A stretch of DNA of 64,000 bases from Rebecca billardiae RCC1528 (GCA_965240325.2 OZ251246.1:806001-870000); one strand, 5' to 3'. Positions 13,301 through 26,419 are shown, numbered from the stretch's first letter. The notes: generated from the letters alone by a model not told the origin. Translations and numbers: made by a program.

Positions 13301-14596
13301 CGCGCGGGGCGCGCCCCGCGCCCCGCGCGCCGATGCACCCGCCCCGCCGCCGCCGCCCGCCCTTGCGCGCACCCGCACCCGCACCCGCACCCGCACCCGC
13401 ACGCACGCACGCACTACGCGCGCCCGCCCGCCCGCCCGTGCCCGCCCGCGCGCCCGCCCGCGCGCGCCCGCCCGCGCGCGCCCGCCCGCGCGCCCGCCCG
13501 CGCGCACCGTCTTGTACTTGACCTCAACCTTGCGCTGCAGGTTGCCCTCGCGCACGACGGTAACGGTCACGTGGTCGTCCCCCTCCGAGACGGAGTACTT
13601 GCCGCCGGAGGTGAAGGTGACGATGGAGACGCCGCCGCGGAGCGTCTTCCGCTCCGCCTCCTCGTCGTCCGCGTCCGCCTCCGACGCGCGCAGCCCGGCA
13701 TACGGCAGCTCCTCGTCCAGGCGTGACTCCTGCGGCTGAATCACGCGCTTGCCGCCAAACATCTGGCGCGTGGCGTGCACGCGCCAGCGCGCGCGCGACT
13801 TGGGCACGCGGCGGCCGGCCTCGTGCGCGACGAGCTCGGCGAGCACCTCCTTGGGCAGCGTCTCGTGCGGGTGCCGCGCCTTCACCTCCGCCACCAGCTT
13901 GCTCACCTCCTTCTCGCTGAGCGAGCCGGTGCCCGCGATCTTGGTGCTGCTGCTCGTCGCCTTGCGCGCGAACAGGCCGATGTCGACGACGTACGCGGAG
14001 GTGACGAGCACGGGGAAGAAGATGAAGGCGAGCAGGCCCTCCCACCACTCGACGATGTTCGGCGAGACCAGCATCAGGATCACCACGAGCCACAGGTACG
14101 CGAAGACCGACGAGGTCGCCGTCACGCCAAACACGCCAAACTGCTCGATCGTGCGCCGCTCGCCCGCGGGGATGGCGGAGACGCAGACGGCGATGATGAC
14201 CATCAGGTTGAAGGCGGCGGAGCCGACGATCGTCGACGGCCCGAGCTCGCCCGAGTAGAAGTTGTTCGAGATCACCTCGATCACCGAGAGCAGGATCTCG
14301 GGCGCGGACGAGCCGAGCGCCATCAGCGTGAGGTTGGCGACGGTGCCGTTCCACACCTGGACGTGGTACGTCTTGGTCGAGCCGTCCTTCGCGGTGGTGG
14401 TCACGGCGCGCGTCTTGGCCGTGATCTGCTCGATCGCCGCCATGAAGATGTCCGCGATGATCGCGACGCCGAGGAAGGTCCACAGGAGGCCGATCAGGTA
14501 GAGCGCGACGCGCAGCCCGTTCGGCCAGCCCTGCTCCCACTCGCCGAAGAGCGGGAGGAAGAGGCCGCGGCCGCCGGGCTCGCAGATCAGCGGCAT
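10302..14596 (-). CDS. NCX: Na+/Ca2+ exchanger (NCX/SLC8-like) with Calx-beta domains. Exons 14596-13508, 13044-12955, 12517-12305, 12072-11847, 11618-11429, 11177-10963, 10789-10302
   Basis: Alpha-1 repeat LMALGSSAPEILL, GPSTIVGSAAFN; alpha-2 repeat VALGTSLPDTFAS, NVTGSNSVNVF; Calx-beta motifs DGTAK..EDY, DDDEVEPDEHF, DGKA..G.DY. All six introns are phase-consistent; intron 2 has a GC donor. Confidence 0.93.
11340..11420. repeat. Intronic (GT/GC)n microsatellite
   Basis: GTGTGCGTGTGT.. run inside an NCX intron. Confidence 0.85.
12524..12672. repeat. Intronic (CA/CG)n microsatellite
   Basis: CACACACGCAC.. run inside NCX intron 2. Confidence 0.85.
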
Positions 14597-15698
14597 CGCG
14601 GCTGCGCCGTGCGGGTGCGCGCGCGACGGACGGGGCGGGGCGCCCGGCGGTGGGCCGAGTGCGCCTGACGGCTGATGGCGACCAGCCCTTCTCGGCGGCC
14701 TCCTCGTTTTTTGGTAATCTCGCCTGCGATCTGCTTGCGGCCGAGGCGATCGATTTTGCCCCGACCCGGACCAAGCCGGCTGGCTATCATAGAGGGTTTG
14801 GGAGCCCGCGGGAGGGCCCGGAGGGGGCTCTGAATACCCAAAAGCGGTCGTGTGGGTATTGATCTTTGGGTGCAAAACATCGCTAATGCGGGTAATGTTT
14901 TGCAGATTACCCGGGCGGCCATCGTGAAGCGGCGGTGCTTTGCCGCCTCTCACGTGGCGCACGTGGCGTTGCGATGCACCGCGCCGTTTGCGCCGCGCCG
15001 TGGCGTCCGAAGCACGCCTTGGAGCGCAACAGGCAGAGCATGATGGCCTTGACACGCCGTGCCCGAGCCGAGCCACGGGCCTGCCAGTCTCCGGAGGAGT
15101 TTTTGCCGCTGCCCGCGCAGCTTTCACGCAGGCAGCAGCTTGCACGCCTATGCAAATCGAGTAAAACCGCACTAATACAGCAAGTTCGGCGGCGGCCGGG
15201 TACCGGGCCTGGGGCTGAATGACGCCCGTAGCAGTTGTGAAGTACACTCCATGGCACTCAGACTCTCAGGCCTCAGCCTCAGTGCCACGGTTGGGCCGCG
15301 GAGTCACGGCGGTGCGGGCAGGGCCGCACTTGGCAGACCACTCTCCGCGAGGCGCGGCCTCGTGGTTCCAGCCCTCGGAGAAGTGGCGCACGCACTGCGG
15401 CTCGATCCGCCCGACACTGGCCGTGCACGTGCGGGCGTGCACTGGCCAAACGGCTGGCCGAGCACGCAGGCACGCAAGCGGCGACAAGGCAGAGAGGTGT
15501 GGGCATGCCACCAAGGTGACACTGACAGAGTACAGTCGGGACGTCTTCGCCACACTGACGCGCCTCCCACGAGACCATCTACGCCACCCCGCCCTCGCTG
15601 CCAGGACACCCGTCGCGTGCATGTACGCGCTCGAGGCATGCGGGGCACGCACGTACGGCAGCCATGGGCCGGCGTCGCGGGGGCATACTGTACGACTA

Positions 15699-16030
15699 AT
15701 TCTATGATTTCAAGACACAGGCACGAGGGCGCGGCTCTCCTGATGCGTCTGTCGAAGTACTGATTGGAGACGGGGGATGTGAGCGCGTTGGTCGCGGGCG
15801 AGGTAGTCGTCGCCGATGCTGATCACACGGAGGCAGTAGGTGCCCAGGGATGCCGCTGTAGCCTATTTGCAGTCGTCGCCGGCCTTGGGCTTGGTCATCA
15901 TGTAGTTGCACGCGTCGACGGTCCGAGGCCGTGTTCGAGTTGATGCCGTGGTGCAGTTAGTGGATGGGGTCGCCCTGGCCGGTGTGCGCGGCCTTGGTCT
16001 TGCCGAGTTGCGGAAGTAGTCGCCCTTGCC
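15699..16030 (-). repeat. Decayed repeat family T copy with stop-interrupted coding remnant
   Basis: Matches 34889-35100 (ATTCTA.GATTT.AAGACAC...GTCTGTCGAAGTACTGATTGGAG...CGTCGCCGATGCTGATCAC). Confidence 0.7.
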
Positions 16031-16232
16031 GTTGAGGAAATCGTCGCCCTTTAATCTCTCTGGAGGCGTTCACGCTGCACAGGCCACACCGACAGGGTCA
16101 ATTGACGCCCGCCAACTAGGAGGGCGACTCCCCCGTGCGTCCCCCGGTCGCGTCCGCCGCACCGTCGCCGTTTTGCTCCGCGGACAGTGCATCGGAGTGG
16201 ACTCCGTCGTCACTCCTCGCGATCTCGCCAGG

Positions 16233-16823
16233 ATGGATCCCGTCCGCCGTGCGCGGCAGCTTGTGCTTGCCGTGAACGACGACGACGAGCAGCGCATCGA
16301 GGAGCTCCTGGGTGAGCCCACGGTCCCGCCCGACGGCGCACTCGCGCATGTGCTCGGCGCCGTGTGCGCGCGCGGGTACGCGCCAAGCCTTGGCCTCCTC
16401 CTCGAGCTCGCGCCCGCGATCGCGAGCCGCGTGCTGGCGGACGGCTGGACGCCGCTGCACGTCGCAAGCGCGCATGGGCACGACACGCTCGTCAGCCAGC
16501 TCCTCGACGCGTCCGCAGACGTGAACTGTCGCGGCTGTTCGGGTACGACGCCGCTCGCGAAGGCCGCGGGGCGCCGCGACAACCTGCTGGTGGTCACGCG
16601 CCTCCTCGAAGCCCGCGCCGACGTGAATAAGGCCGACGACGAGGGCCACACCCCCTTGCACGCAGCGATTGCGCGGGACGATATGCCCTGCGTGCAGTGG
16701 CTGCTCGACGCGCGCGCCGACATCAACGCGCGGTGCACAGTAGTATGGCATCAGCGTGATGCAGGGCATCAGACTGATGATGACTCGAGGCTCGCGCACG
16801 GGCCCGCGGAGGCGGGAAGATGA
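16233..16823 (+). CDS. Ankyrin-repeat protein, possibly 3'-truncated
   Basis: DGWTPLHVASAHGH..LV..LL...ADVN; GTTPLAKAA; EGHTPLHAAI..D...V..LL..RADINA. Degrades abruptly after INARC. Confidence 0.8.
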   Translation: MDPVRRARQLVLAVNDDDEQRIEELLGEPTVPPDGALAHVLGAVCARGYAPSLGLLLELAPAIASRVLADGWTPLHVASAHGHDTLVSQLLDASADVNCRGCSGTTPLAKAAGRRDNLLVVTRLLEARADVNKADDEGHTPLHAAIARDDMPCVQWLLDARADINARCTVVWHQRDAGHQTDDDSRLAHGPAEAGR

Positions 16824-17081
16824 ATATAGCATTCGTCACAGCAGCAGTGCCAGAATCTGAGCGGGCCCGACGGAGAATGTGACCGGCCGTCCGGCGGCCC
16901 GGTCAGTGGTCACTAGTAGTAGTGACTAGGCGATATGTGACGATGTCCAACGACGATGAGTGCGGCTCGCGCGGCGCTCTACTAGTCTAACAAATCGCGG
17001 GCCTCCCGGAACGGTCCGTCCGACGGCCTGCTTACTCGGTCGGGGCTTGCAATGTACATATGGCGGCCGGAATATGCATAT

Positions 17082-18916
17082 GTCTAGCCGTCCTCGTGAA
17101 CGCCGATGCCAACTGCTGGCCGAAGGTGGGCACGCCGCCTGGCATGTCGATGCCGAGGCGGCTGCGTGTGTTCCTACTCAGTGGGATTTACGTGTCCTCA
17201 TGCCTTGGCGAGCGGCAGCAGATGCGGTGGGCATGCCGCTCGCCGTCGACGAGACGCGGTGCGTGAGTGATCCCGCGCGGACGTCCGCTGACGGAAGGCT
17301 GAGCGCCTGCGGACTCGTCGACTGAACCTCCACCTGACCGCCCGGGAGCAGCACTGCTGGGGACCTAACCTGAAAAACCCAATCGTGTTGGGAGGCAGGG
17401 GGTCACATGAGCCCTAAGTGCAGCGCCGCAGGACCGGGCGGTCGGACGGCGGGTGTTGTGGTCCCGCCGCCCGAGCACCAGACCAACGGGCCCTGGGTGG
17501 GCGGGTTGCCGAAAGATGTTGGTCGGTGCACGCGACGCGCCACCCGCGTGCGAGCCGCCGCCGCCGGCGACGCAGGGCCACGAGCCCGGCTGCAGCCATC
17601 TCGCGCGCCCGCGCCTGGCGAAGCAGCCAGGGGGCGCCGGAAACAGCAGATCTCCGCGGCGACAAACCCGGACAGACTGTTTGTCCGGGAGCAGCGCTTT
17701 GAGGCGATGGTCTGGTAGAGGGCGATGTGGCTGATGAGCGGCGCTGGCGCCCGGCGTTCTTGTCGTCCTCTTAGACAATCAGTTATTGTACCAATAACCC
17801 CACGTCTAGCCGTCCTCGTGAACGCCGATGCCAACTGCTGGCCGAAGGTGGGCACGCCGCCTGGCATGTCGATGCCGAGGCGGCTGCGTGTGTTCCTACT
17901 CAGTGGGATTTACGTGTCCTCATGCCTTGGCGAGCGGCAGCAGATGCGGTGGGCATGCCGCTCGCCGTCGACGAGACGCGGTGCGTGAGTGATCCCGTTT
18001 CATGGTGTGTTGGGGAGCACCGCGTGGAGGAGAAATCCCATTGAGTGATGGGAAGGAAAGGGGCAAGGCACGTGTGAGTCGCGCACGCACGAGGGCCGGC
18101 CAGCGGGGGCTGGGCAGGTGGGGCAGTGCGAGTGAGATGGAACCCGAAGAGGAGAGATAGCAGGCAGCCCGCCCCGCGGGCGCGGCGCTGCGGAAGCAGG
18201 AGAAGGCTAGACGGCCTTTGCGGATGCTGTGAATGGCCCGCGGGTGCGCACGGGGCCCGGCGCGCGGTGTGCCGCCAGCGGTCCTTGTGTAGGAGCCGGC
18301 TGGCGTTGGCACCGGGGCGATCCCGAGGCAGGGCGGGAGAGATGGAGCAGCGATCCGCGTGGGGGCGCACCCACGGAGGAGGAGGCATGTGGCGAAGAGG
18401 GAACGGTGGCGATCGGGGGTGCGGGAGAGACAAAGTGCGCACGCACGCAGAGAGAGAAGAGGCGGTGGCCCGAAGCGCGAGGGGGCGCGATGCGGAGCGT
18501 TGCTTACCGCTGAGTTGCCGAAAGATGTTGGTCGGTGCACGCGACGCGCCACCCGCGTGCGAGCCGCCGCCGCCGGCGACGCAGGGCCACGAGCCCGGCT
18601 GCAGCCATCTCGCGCGCCCGCGCCTGAGATGTTGGTCGGTGCACGCGACGCGCCACCCGCGTGCGAGCCGCCGCCGCCGGCGACGCAGGGCCACGAGCCC
18701 GGCTGCAGCCATCTCGCGCGCCCGCGCCTGGCGAAGCAGCCAGGGGGCGCCGGAAACAGCAGATCTCCGCGGCGACAAACCCGGACAGACTGTTTGTCCG
18801 GGAGCAGCGCTTTGAGGCGATGGTCTGGTAGAGGGCGATGTGGCTGATGAGCGGCGCTGGCGCCCGGCGTTCTTGTCGTCCTCTTAGACAATCAGTTATT
18901 GTACCAATAACCCCAC
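17082..18916 (-). mobile_element. Non-autonomous split-direct-repeat (Ngaro/PAT-like) element, family 2: A1 18916-18514, B1 17997-17804, A2 17803-17505, B2 17275-17082
   Basis: Two near-identical repeat pairs in A1..B1A2..B2 order; B1 abuts A2 at AC|GT; ATAT on both flanks. A1 carries an internal ~100-bp tandem duplication. Confidence 0.85.
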
Positions 18917-18962
18917 ATATATATAGTTATATATATATATTATAATAATAGCGCACTCACTG

Positions 18963-19300
18963 GCGGGGGGCGACAGCCGCGGCTGCCGCCTGCCCGCAGC
19001 TGCTCGCCGCTAGGTCGCCGCGGGTGGCGACATCCCGTCACTCGGCGACATCGACTACGCGACCTCACCCTCATCCAAAATGCTCCAGACGAAGGCGCTC
19101 GCGGCCCGGCGGCCGGCGGCGGCATCTGCCGTCGCCGCCGCGTGCCCCCGGAGGCGGGAGGGACCAGGCCAAAGTGGTGCTCCGCACCCCGCGGCCCCGC
19201 TCCCGACTCCCGTAGGGCGGGGGTAGGGCTGCGGGTGGCGCACTGCCTGCCACCTGGTCGGAAGGCGCGGACGCATTCTATGTGTAATGTGTCTGCTGCA
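18963..19300 (+). repeat. Degenerate copy of repeat family S
   Basis: Aligns with 37730-37990 and 62620-62880 (GGGGGCGACAGCCGCGGCTGCC...GGAAGGCGCGGACGCATTCTATGTG). Confidence 0.8.
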
Positions 19301-19647
19301 CTATACCATGTTGTCTGTACCTGGTGGATGTTCAGCCCGACCGGGATTCGGACATTTCGACTTAGGCGAGACGGCGAGCACCGAACCGTTTCCCTTATTA
19401 AGAATTTGAGCTGTACCCACCTGGTCGCATTGCACTATTCACGCGGCGCCTTCCGATGGGGCTTCTGGTCATTTTTGAGACTAGGAACCTTCTGAGCGGC
19501 TGTGGGTACTTTCGTTGTTCCGAGAGAGCACGAGCAAGGAATCCAAGTTGGAGCCGCCCTGGCATAGTCAAGGCCCATCGAAAACGGTTTATTTAAACGG
19601 CGCGTGAAGCGTGTTTTGCTGCAAAGAGATGCGCCCGGTGAGCCTGA

Positions 19648-19711
19648 CGCTTGCCCATTGAAGTACCACGTCGTTATATATATAACGACGTGGTACTTCA
19701 ACGGGCAAGCG
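19648..19711. repeat. Near-perfect palindrome of two LINE-type 3' tails around TATA
   Basis: CGCTTGCCCATTGAAGTACCACGTCGTTATA-TA-TATAACGACGTGGTACTTCAACGGGCAAGCG; one mismatch. Confidence 0.9.
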
Positions 19712-21020
19712 ATTTATTATATTCGACGATCGTCATCAGCGTTATAATAAAATTAATAAACCGTAGTTACTGCTTATTGGCCGCGCGGGGCCTCTGCGTA
19801 GTCCGTGAGTGACAGCGCAGTGAGAGTGCGTGGCAGCCCGCGCGCGGCCCGCGCCGCGCGGCCGCCGCGGCGCGGGGCGGCCGGCCCGCCGCAGCGGGCC
19901 GGCGACGGCCCGCGGCGTCAACGGGCGCGGACCCTGGCAACGCGCGACTGACGCGGCCGGGCGGGCCGGCCGCGGGCCTCGCGGAACGACGCGGAACGGG
20001 CGCCGAACGTAGGGCCGCGGAGGGCGGACCGGATTGGGCATTGGCGGATTCGGAAGGCGCCGGGAACAGACTAACTGACTCGAAACAGTTCTGATGGCAC
20101 CGGGCGCGGACCTCCGCCTCGAGTGCCAGTCAATGTCATGCCTCCGCGAGTGGCTCACACGTCACTCACACTGACACAGCCCCGCCGGAGGAAGCAGGAA
20201 CGGGCTGACCGTCGAACTAAAGTCATATTATACACACATATATATATATAGCTATATATACGACCATGACCGATTGTCATTGCTCGTCGACCGCCATCAG
20301 GCAGCATGAGCCACAGTGACATCAGACCGTACATGATGTGAGTACATGACCCCCCGCGGGCCCGGGCCGCATGAATCATCCTGATGATACAGCAGTCACT
20401 GGTCAACCGTGTAGTGAATACTACAGTGCCACGCCGACGGTCTGAGTCTGACTTGAAGTTCTATACTGAGAATAATAATACTATATAGTTGGTCGGCGTA
20501 ATAACTTACTTATTCCTTTTAAACAACTCTAATAAGTAATCTCTCTAGTCAGCCAACTATACTGGCAGCAGTAATAATTCAGTTGATCAATGGGATCTGT
20601 AAGTGTCTTCCGCGCTCTCAGTGTTAAAGCCTGCACGTGCCTGCCTGGCAGGGCGCATGACAGCACCGGGCTCAGAGGGCAGTTACTTACTAGGCCAAGC
20701 CGACCGCCAAGACTCGGATGTCGTGATCGACTGCGACAACGTCCAGTGACGTGCAGCCTCGCAGAACGACGCGGCGGCAGCCGTCCGGTGCCGCTGCTCA
20801 CGACCCAGAACTGCTCGCACCGCCACGGCCATCCGGCCGTGCGGCACCAGCATCATCGCAACGAGCCGGCGCACGCCACGCCAGCTCGGCCGGCTCGCCA
20901 GCTGCGCGCAGCCGCAGCGCTCGCGCGCGCTGCGGCACGCCGCTGGCTGCCCCCCCCACCGAGCTCGAGAGCGCGCGTCGGAAGAGGCGCCCCCGCCGCG
21001 CGGCGCGCGTGGAGGGTCGC

Positions 21021-21635
21021 CTACCCCTTGCGCTTCTTCTGCATCTTCTTCACGTAGAACTCGAGCTCCTTGCCCTCGAGGATGTAGCCGTCGCAGCGGC
21101 CGCACTGGCCGGGGCGCGACGAGATGCAGGCGAACAGCCGGCCCGTGTCGAACTGCTGGTTGAGGTTGGGGTCGAGCACGCGGCCGTTCTGGCGCTTCGA
21201 GAGCTTCTTCAGCACCGCCTTCGACTTCTTCGCGTCCGCCGCCTCCTCGTCGCCCTTGCGCACCTTCTTGCCGACCTTGACGCCGTAGTGCGCCTCATAC
21301 CACTGCCGGAACGGCGTCGCGTCCACCTGCACAATCGCGTTCTTCACGAGGGTCTTCGTGCGCACCAGCTCGTTGTTCGAGGCGTTGTACACCACGTCGA
21401 TCACGCGCGTCTTGCGCGTGCACACCTCCGAGCCCCACGAGAAGTTGCCCGCGTCGAGGCGGAGCGCGCGGTACTTCATGTTGCCGCCGCGGCCGCGCAC
21501 GGGGCGCACGCGCTTTGCGCCGATCTTGGTCATCGCGGCCTGCCGGCCCATCTCGAACTTCCGCTTCTTGCGGAAGCCCGGCTTGGTGCCGCCCGTCCGG
21601 CGGTGCTTATGGCGCGAGTCCCGAGAGATCCCCAT
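21021..21635 (-). CDS. RPS8: 40S ribosomal protein S8 (eS8), intronless
   Basis: [16 protein letters not shown]...KRKFEMGR...[21 protein letters not shown]...[24 protein letters not shown]. Confidence 0.98.
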   Translation of the reverse strand: MGISRDSRHKHRRTGGTKPGFRKKRKFEMGRQAAMTKIGAKRVRPVRGRGGNMKYRALRLDAGNFSWGSEVCTRKTRVIDVVYNASNNELVRTKTLVKNAIVQVDATPFRQWYEAHYGVKVGKKVRKGDEEAADAKKSKAVLKKLSKRQNGRVLDPNLNQQFDTGRLFACISSRPGQCGRCDGYILEGKELEFYVKKMQKKRKG

Positions 21636-22657
21636 GGTGCTCCGCGGTGGGCGACGCCAAGCTCGCTCTTGGCTGTCGTCGAGGCGCGTAGCCCTTGTCC
21701 GGTGCTGCCGCGCGCCTTGCTCCGGACTCGAACTCTTTTCTTTTCTCGGATTCCCGCGTCGTCGGCGGTTATTGTTTGCGGCTTTTTGCCTTTCGGTGGC
21801 GCTGGGACGCGCGGCGGAAATGCCCGCTGGCAAATGGCAGCCGCGGTCGTCATAGTTGAGGCCGCGCCGGCGGTCGCGGGCAGTCGACGAGCGCGACGCG
21901 GCGAGCGGGCCCGACCGCTGACCGGCACATCGCATTCACGGGCACAGCTGACAGCCCGAAATCGACAGCGTCGCCGTACCGCCGGGAAAACCGGGCTGAT
22001 TGTCGTCTGATCACCGACGATCAGTGCGCCCGGGCAGTCGACCGCGCCAGGCTCTCGGTTGAGACGGTGGCGCCGGTTGACTTCGACGCAACTGAGATGC
22101 GCCGTAAAGACACTGTGATGAACCGCGTGAAGTCCCGTGCGACCGGCGGGCCGCCCGCGTCCGACTCGGCCGCATCAGGCGTGCGGTTGCGTCCGAATCT
22201 CCGTCAGGCGTCACTCATCAGTCATCTCCGTGTCAGTGTGGCGTGCCGTGTGCGCACGCGCCAACGGCACCGTCGCATGCTACGACGACTACGATCGATA
22301 CGTCGTATTCGCTGCGTTCCTGCGGACACAGGGACCCAACCAGCGCAACTGCCGGGCCCCGGGCCCGGCCGCCGGCCGGACCGCCGGGCCCGGAGCCGGA
22401 GGCGCGCCGCGCCGGGCGCGCGCCGCGGCGCCGCCCTGACTAGGCACTAGCCGCCCGGGCCCGGGCGACGGCGGCGGCCCGCGCCCGTCAACCAGTGTCA
22501 GGCTTCAGGCCGCGTCGTTGATGACTGAATAATCTGAGTCGTACTAAAATCTAAAGTACGCAGTTCCGAGATGATGGCATCCGCCATTCAGTGGTAACTA
22601 GTTATTGTTCGTTGACTGCGGCGCCGGCGGGACTGCCTGCGCGAGCCCGCTACGGCG

Positions 22658-24612
22658 CTAGTCGACCGCGTACTTGAGCGCGGCGTGCATCATGTGAGTG
22701 CACGAGAAGAGCGTGTACCCGAGCCCGCCGATCGCGACGACGAGGGCGCACACGAGCTGCGCGATGCGCATCACGTGCGCGCGGTCCGAGTGGTGCGCGA
22801 GCGGGTCCCACTCGCTCGCCTCCGCGTGCTCGAGCAGCAGCTCGAGGTCACAGCCGGGCTCGAGCCCAGCCGCGAACTCGGCGGAGCCGCCGCCTTCCGC
22901 CTCGTCGGCGGCGGCGGCGGCGGCGGCGTCGGCGGCATCTGACGCTTCGCGCACGGCGCCGTCGCCGCCGCCTCTCTCCGCCGCGTCGGCTGCGCCCGCG
23001 CCCGCGTCGCCGTCGAGTTGGCTGCGCACCGGCTTGCTCTCGCCCGGACCACGGAAGGTGACGCACCCCGCAGCCTCGCGCTTGGCAAGCATGTCCAGCA
23101 GTCTGCGTGCACGCGCCGTGGCGGCGCGGCGCGGCGCGGTGCGGCGGCGTCAGGCGCGCGTGGCGCGGTGCGGCGGTGCGGCGCGGCGCGGGCGAGCGCG
23201 GGCGAGGCGCGCGCGCAACGCACCTAGCCGTCCCCGGCGCGGTGTCCGCCGTGCCGAGCGAGCTCTCTCGGCCGTGGTAGGTCGCACTGACGGACGCCGC
23301 CGCGGTGGCGGCTGTCGTGCGCGCCGCCTGCGCGGCCGCCTGCTGCGCCGCGCGCGCGCTTGCCACCCGCGAGGTGGTCCGAGCGCGCCCGCCATATCGC
23401 CCCTGCGCTCGCCGGCTGGCGGCGGGGGTGCCTCCGAGGTTGTTCCCGTGCACGTCGAGCCTGTTGAAGCCGTAGAGCGTGATGCCTGCCGCCGCGGCGC
23501 GCGCGCATGGGCACGGGGGCGGGGTGAGGCGCCGGCGGCGGCGCCGGCGCGCGCCGCAGGTGGGAGCTGCGCGGCGCGGCGCGGCGCGGCGCGCGGCGCG
23601 CACCGTTCGGGCACATGAGCATGGCGAGGAGCACGCCGACGGCATCCGACGAGGGCTGCGACGCGCCGCTCGGCGTGAGCAGCTCGAGCGCGCGCTCGCG
23701 CACGAGCTCGGGCACGGGGAAGACGCCCGCCCCCTCCGAGTGGCACCGCTCGGCGAACGCGCGGCCGACCGCGTCGCGCGGCGTGGACACGAAGGAATGG
23801 TGCGCGGGGCAGCCGACGAGCTCGGCGTCTGCGGTGGCGTTGGGCGCGCCGCGCGCACGGCCGCCCGGCGCGGCGGCACGCCGCCTGCCCGCGCCTTCGC
23901 CGCCCGCACCCGCCTCCGCCTCCGCCTCCGCACCCGCACCCGCCGCTCCCGCCGCGGCGCGCGCCGCGCGCTCCGCCGCGCACGTGTGCTTGAGCCTGCG
24001 CGACACGGCGTCCGGCCCGACCACCTGCACGCTGGTGCGCGTGCCGACGTGCCGGGCGTACCCGAGGGTGGGCGCCTCGTCGAAGCGCACGACCAGGTCG
24101 TGCTCCGCGTCGATCTCGCCGCCGTACCGGTCGTCGAGCAGGCTGCGCCCGTCGCCGACGAGCGCGCACGAGCGGAAGCCCTCGACCCGGCGCACGAGCG
24201 CGCGCGTGTAATGCCTCGCCTTTACCGACAGTCGCGGGAAGGAGGCGTTGAACTGGCAGCGCTCGCGCTGGATCATCTCGTTGCGCGAGTCGAGCGGCGG
24301 CGGCATGCCGCCGCCGCCCATCGGCGCGTCCAGCTCGGCGCGCAGCTTGCGCAGCTTCGTCACGGCGAGGGGCGAGACGCCGCGCACGTCCTCGACAGCG
24401 CCGATGTGCGACGCGGCGATGCCCATCAGCGCGAGCACGGCGAGCTGCGCGGCGCACATGGCGCAGAAGGGCGGGCGGGCCGAGCCGCGCCTGGGCAGGT
24501 CCGGGTGGATGGGATAGCCGCGCACGTCCGTCGAGCGGCCGTCAGGCCGGACCTCGGAGGACAGACGCACAACGCGCCGGTGGCCACTCCCGCTCCCGCC
24601 GCCGCTCCCGCT

Positions 24613-24655
<43 letters not shown>

Positions 24656-24855
24656 GTGGTGGGGGCGGTGGCCTCGGCGGCCAGCACGCTCGAGGGGAGC
24701 GCGGGCAAAGAGATCGGCGACACCTCCTGCAGCCGCGTGCGGCCGAGCGGGCTGCGCGTGATCGGCGGCGAGGCCGACTGCACAGACTTGCTCCGATTAC
24801 GGAGCACGCGCACGCCGGCGGTCTGCTGGGCGGTGGGCGACGAGGTTGCCGGCAT
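22658..24855 (-). CDS. Glycosyltransferase family 29 (sialyltransferase-like); introns 23603-23486 and 23223-23103
   Basis: Sialylmotif L CALVGDG..LL..RYGGEID.EHDLVVRFDEAPT.GY..HVGTRTS; motif S PSSDAVGVLLAMLMC..ITLYGF; N-terminal TM segment. Start codon uncertain. Confidence 0.8.
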
Positions 24856-26419
24856 GGCGGCCGAAGATGTGGGCGTGACGTGCTCGCCGCTGCCCGCTGA
24901 CGCGGGCGAGGACGAGCACGGCGCGCCCTGCAGGAGCATCCAGCGCGCCGTGGTGCAACGCTCGCGATGCACCAGGTGGCGCGCCCGTTCCAGCTTCCTG
25001 CCAAGCAGCACACTTTGTGCGATGGCGTTGCGCCTTGCGGGTCGTCGTTTTTCCGCTGGGGGCCGTCTTTTTTTGGCACAATCGTCAACGGGAGTTGAAC
25101 CCGTCGCGCCGGACTGGTCTTTCACAGCCAGGTCCGGGACATGACCGGACTCCCGCAAAGCTGTGCTTCCGAAGCGCATGGAAGGTTCGGCGGTGTGCTG
25201 AAGTTTCAGGGCAGTAGGGTGAGCGACATATGGCAAAGATACTGGCAAAGATACTCACTTGGCGTGCGATTTACTGAACTTTTCGTCAAATGACTCAACA
25301 TCGGGTCGTAAGTTTTACTCAACTTGGAAGCGTGGGTGATGATTGGTTGATAGCCCTGTGGATCGACTGAGATTCGCGGTGCGGTGATGCTTAGCAGATA
25401 CCTACATTACTCACCAACCAGCTATATCATAGTCGTATCATACTTATCGGCCGAGTATTGAAGGATTCATCAACAACGATTCGCCGCGCGAATCTTGATT
25501 CTTGTGGGCGCGTGACTCGCCTGAGGCTGCTCACGAGCGGGCTCCGCACACAGGTCAGCCCCTCAGGGACAGGGTGCTGTCCAGGTCGGCAGTGTCGGCT
25601 TACGGCTACGCCAGTACGAATCAGTAACGCGGTGTTCTAACGGCTGCTTCTGGTGCCTTCGGTCGATCAATGTTCCAGGACATCGATGATTGCAGACTCA
25701 GACGTACTCAGCGGACGCAACTCTCAGTCGACGCAAGGTGATGAGCCGGTTGAGACTAGTGAGCTGCGACAGCCGCCGACGAGAGTGAGAGCCGAGACAG
25801 ATGAGGCCGCTAGCCGGCGTCCGCGTGCCGTTGTCGGTTGCTGGAGTGAGCGCGGAGCACCACGAGGGTGCACGGAGCAGGGTGGATGCGCGCAGGTGCG
25901 CCATGGGACATGCGATGCGTGCATGGGATGGGATGGAATGATGGAGAGATGCGGGCGAGCTCGAGATGGAGCGGGCGGCCGCCGCGGCCCGCCCGACGGC
26001 GGTGGTGCCGCCGCGGCAGCGGCGCGTAGCGGCCCGTGCGTCATCACGCGCGGTGGACAGGCGTCGACGCGGTGCGCGCCGAGCATGTGGATGGAGGAGA
26101 GAGACATGGACATGTGGGAGGCCGGGATGTATGGGCCACGCGCGCGCGCGTGGCGCCCGGCGCCAGGGAATGCGGGCGGTCCGGAGACTGGACAACATGC
26201 GGGGGAGCGCGCGCCTCAGGCCGCCCGGCCGCGAGGGCTCGGGCGGCGCGCGGCGGCGAGATCATGGACATGGACATGCGGGATCATGGCAGAGAGGTGG
26301 GGGGGACAGGACAGACAGGAGGCCGTCGACGTCGGCCGGGGCGCGACAGCCGTGCTCGCCCCAGAGCACGGCCGCCGTCACGCTCCGGCCGGCCGCCCGG
26401 CCGCGGCCGCGGCCGCGCC

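Noticed and set aside
15251-15700. Possible gene fragment upstream of NCX
   Set aside because: No frame gave an identifiable domain.
19320-19400. tRNA-like sequence
   Set aside because: No cloverleaf or canonical T-loop could be built; no tRNA or rRNA gene was recognised in the window.
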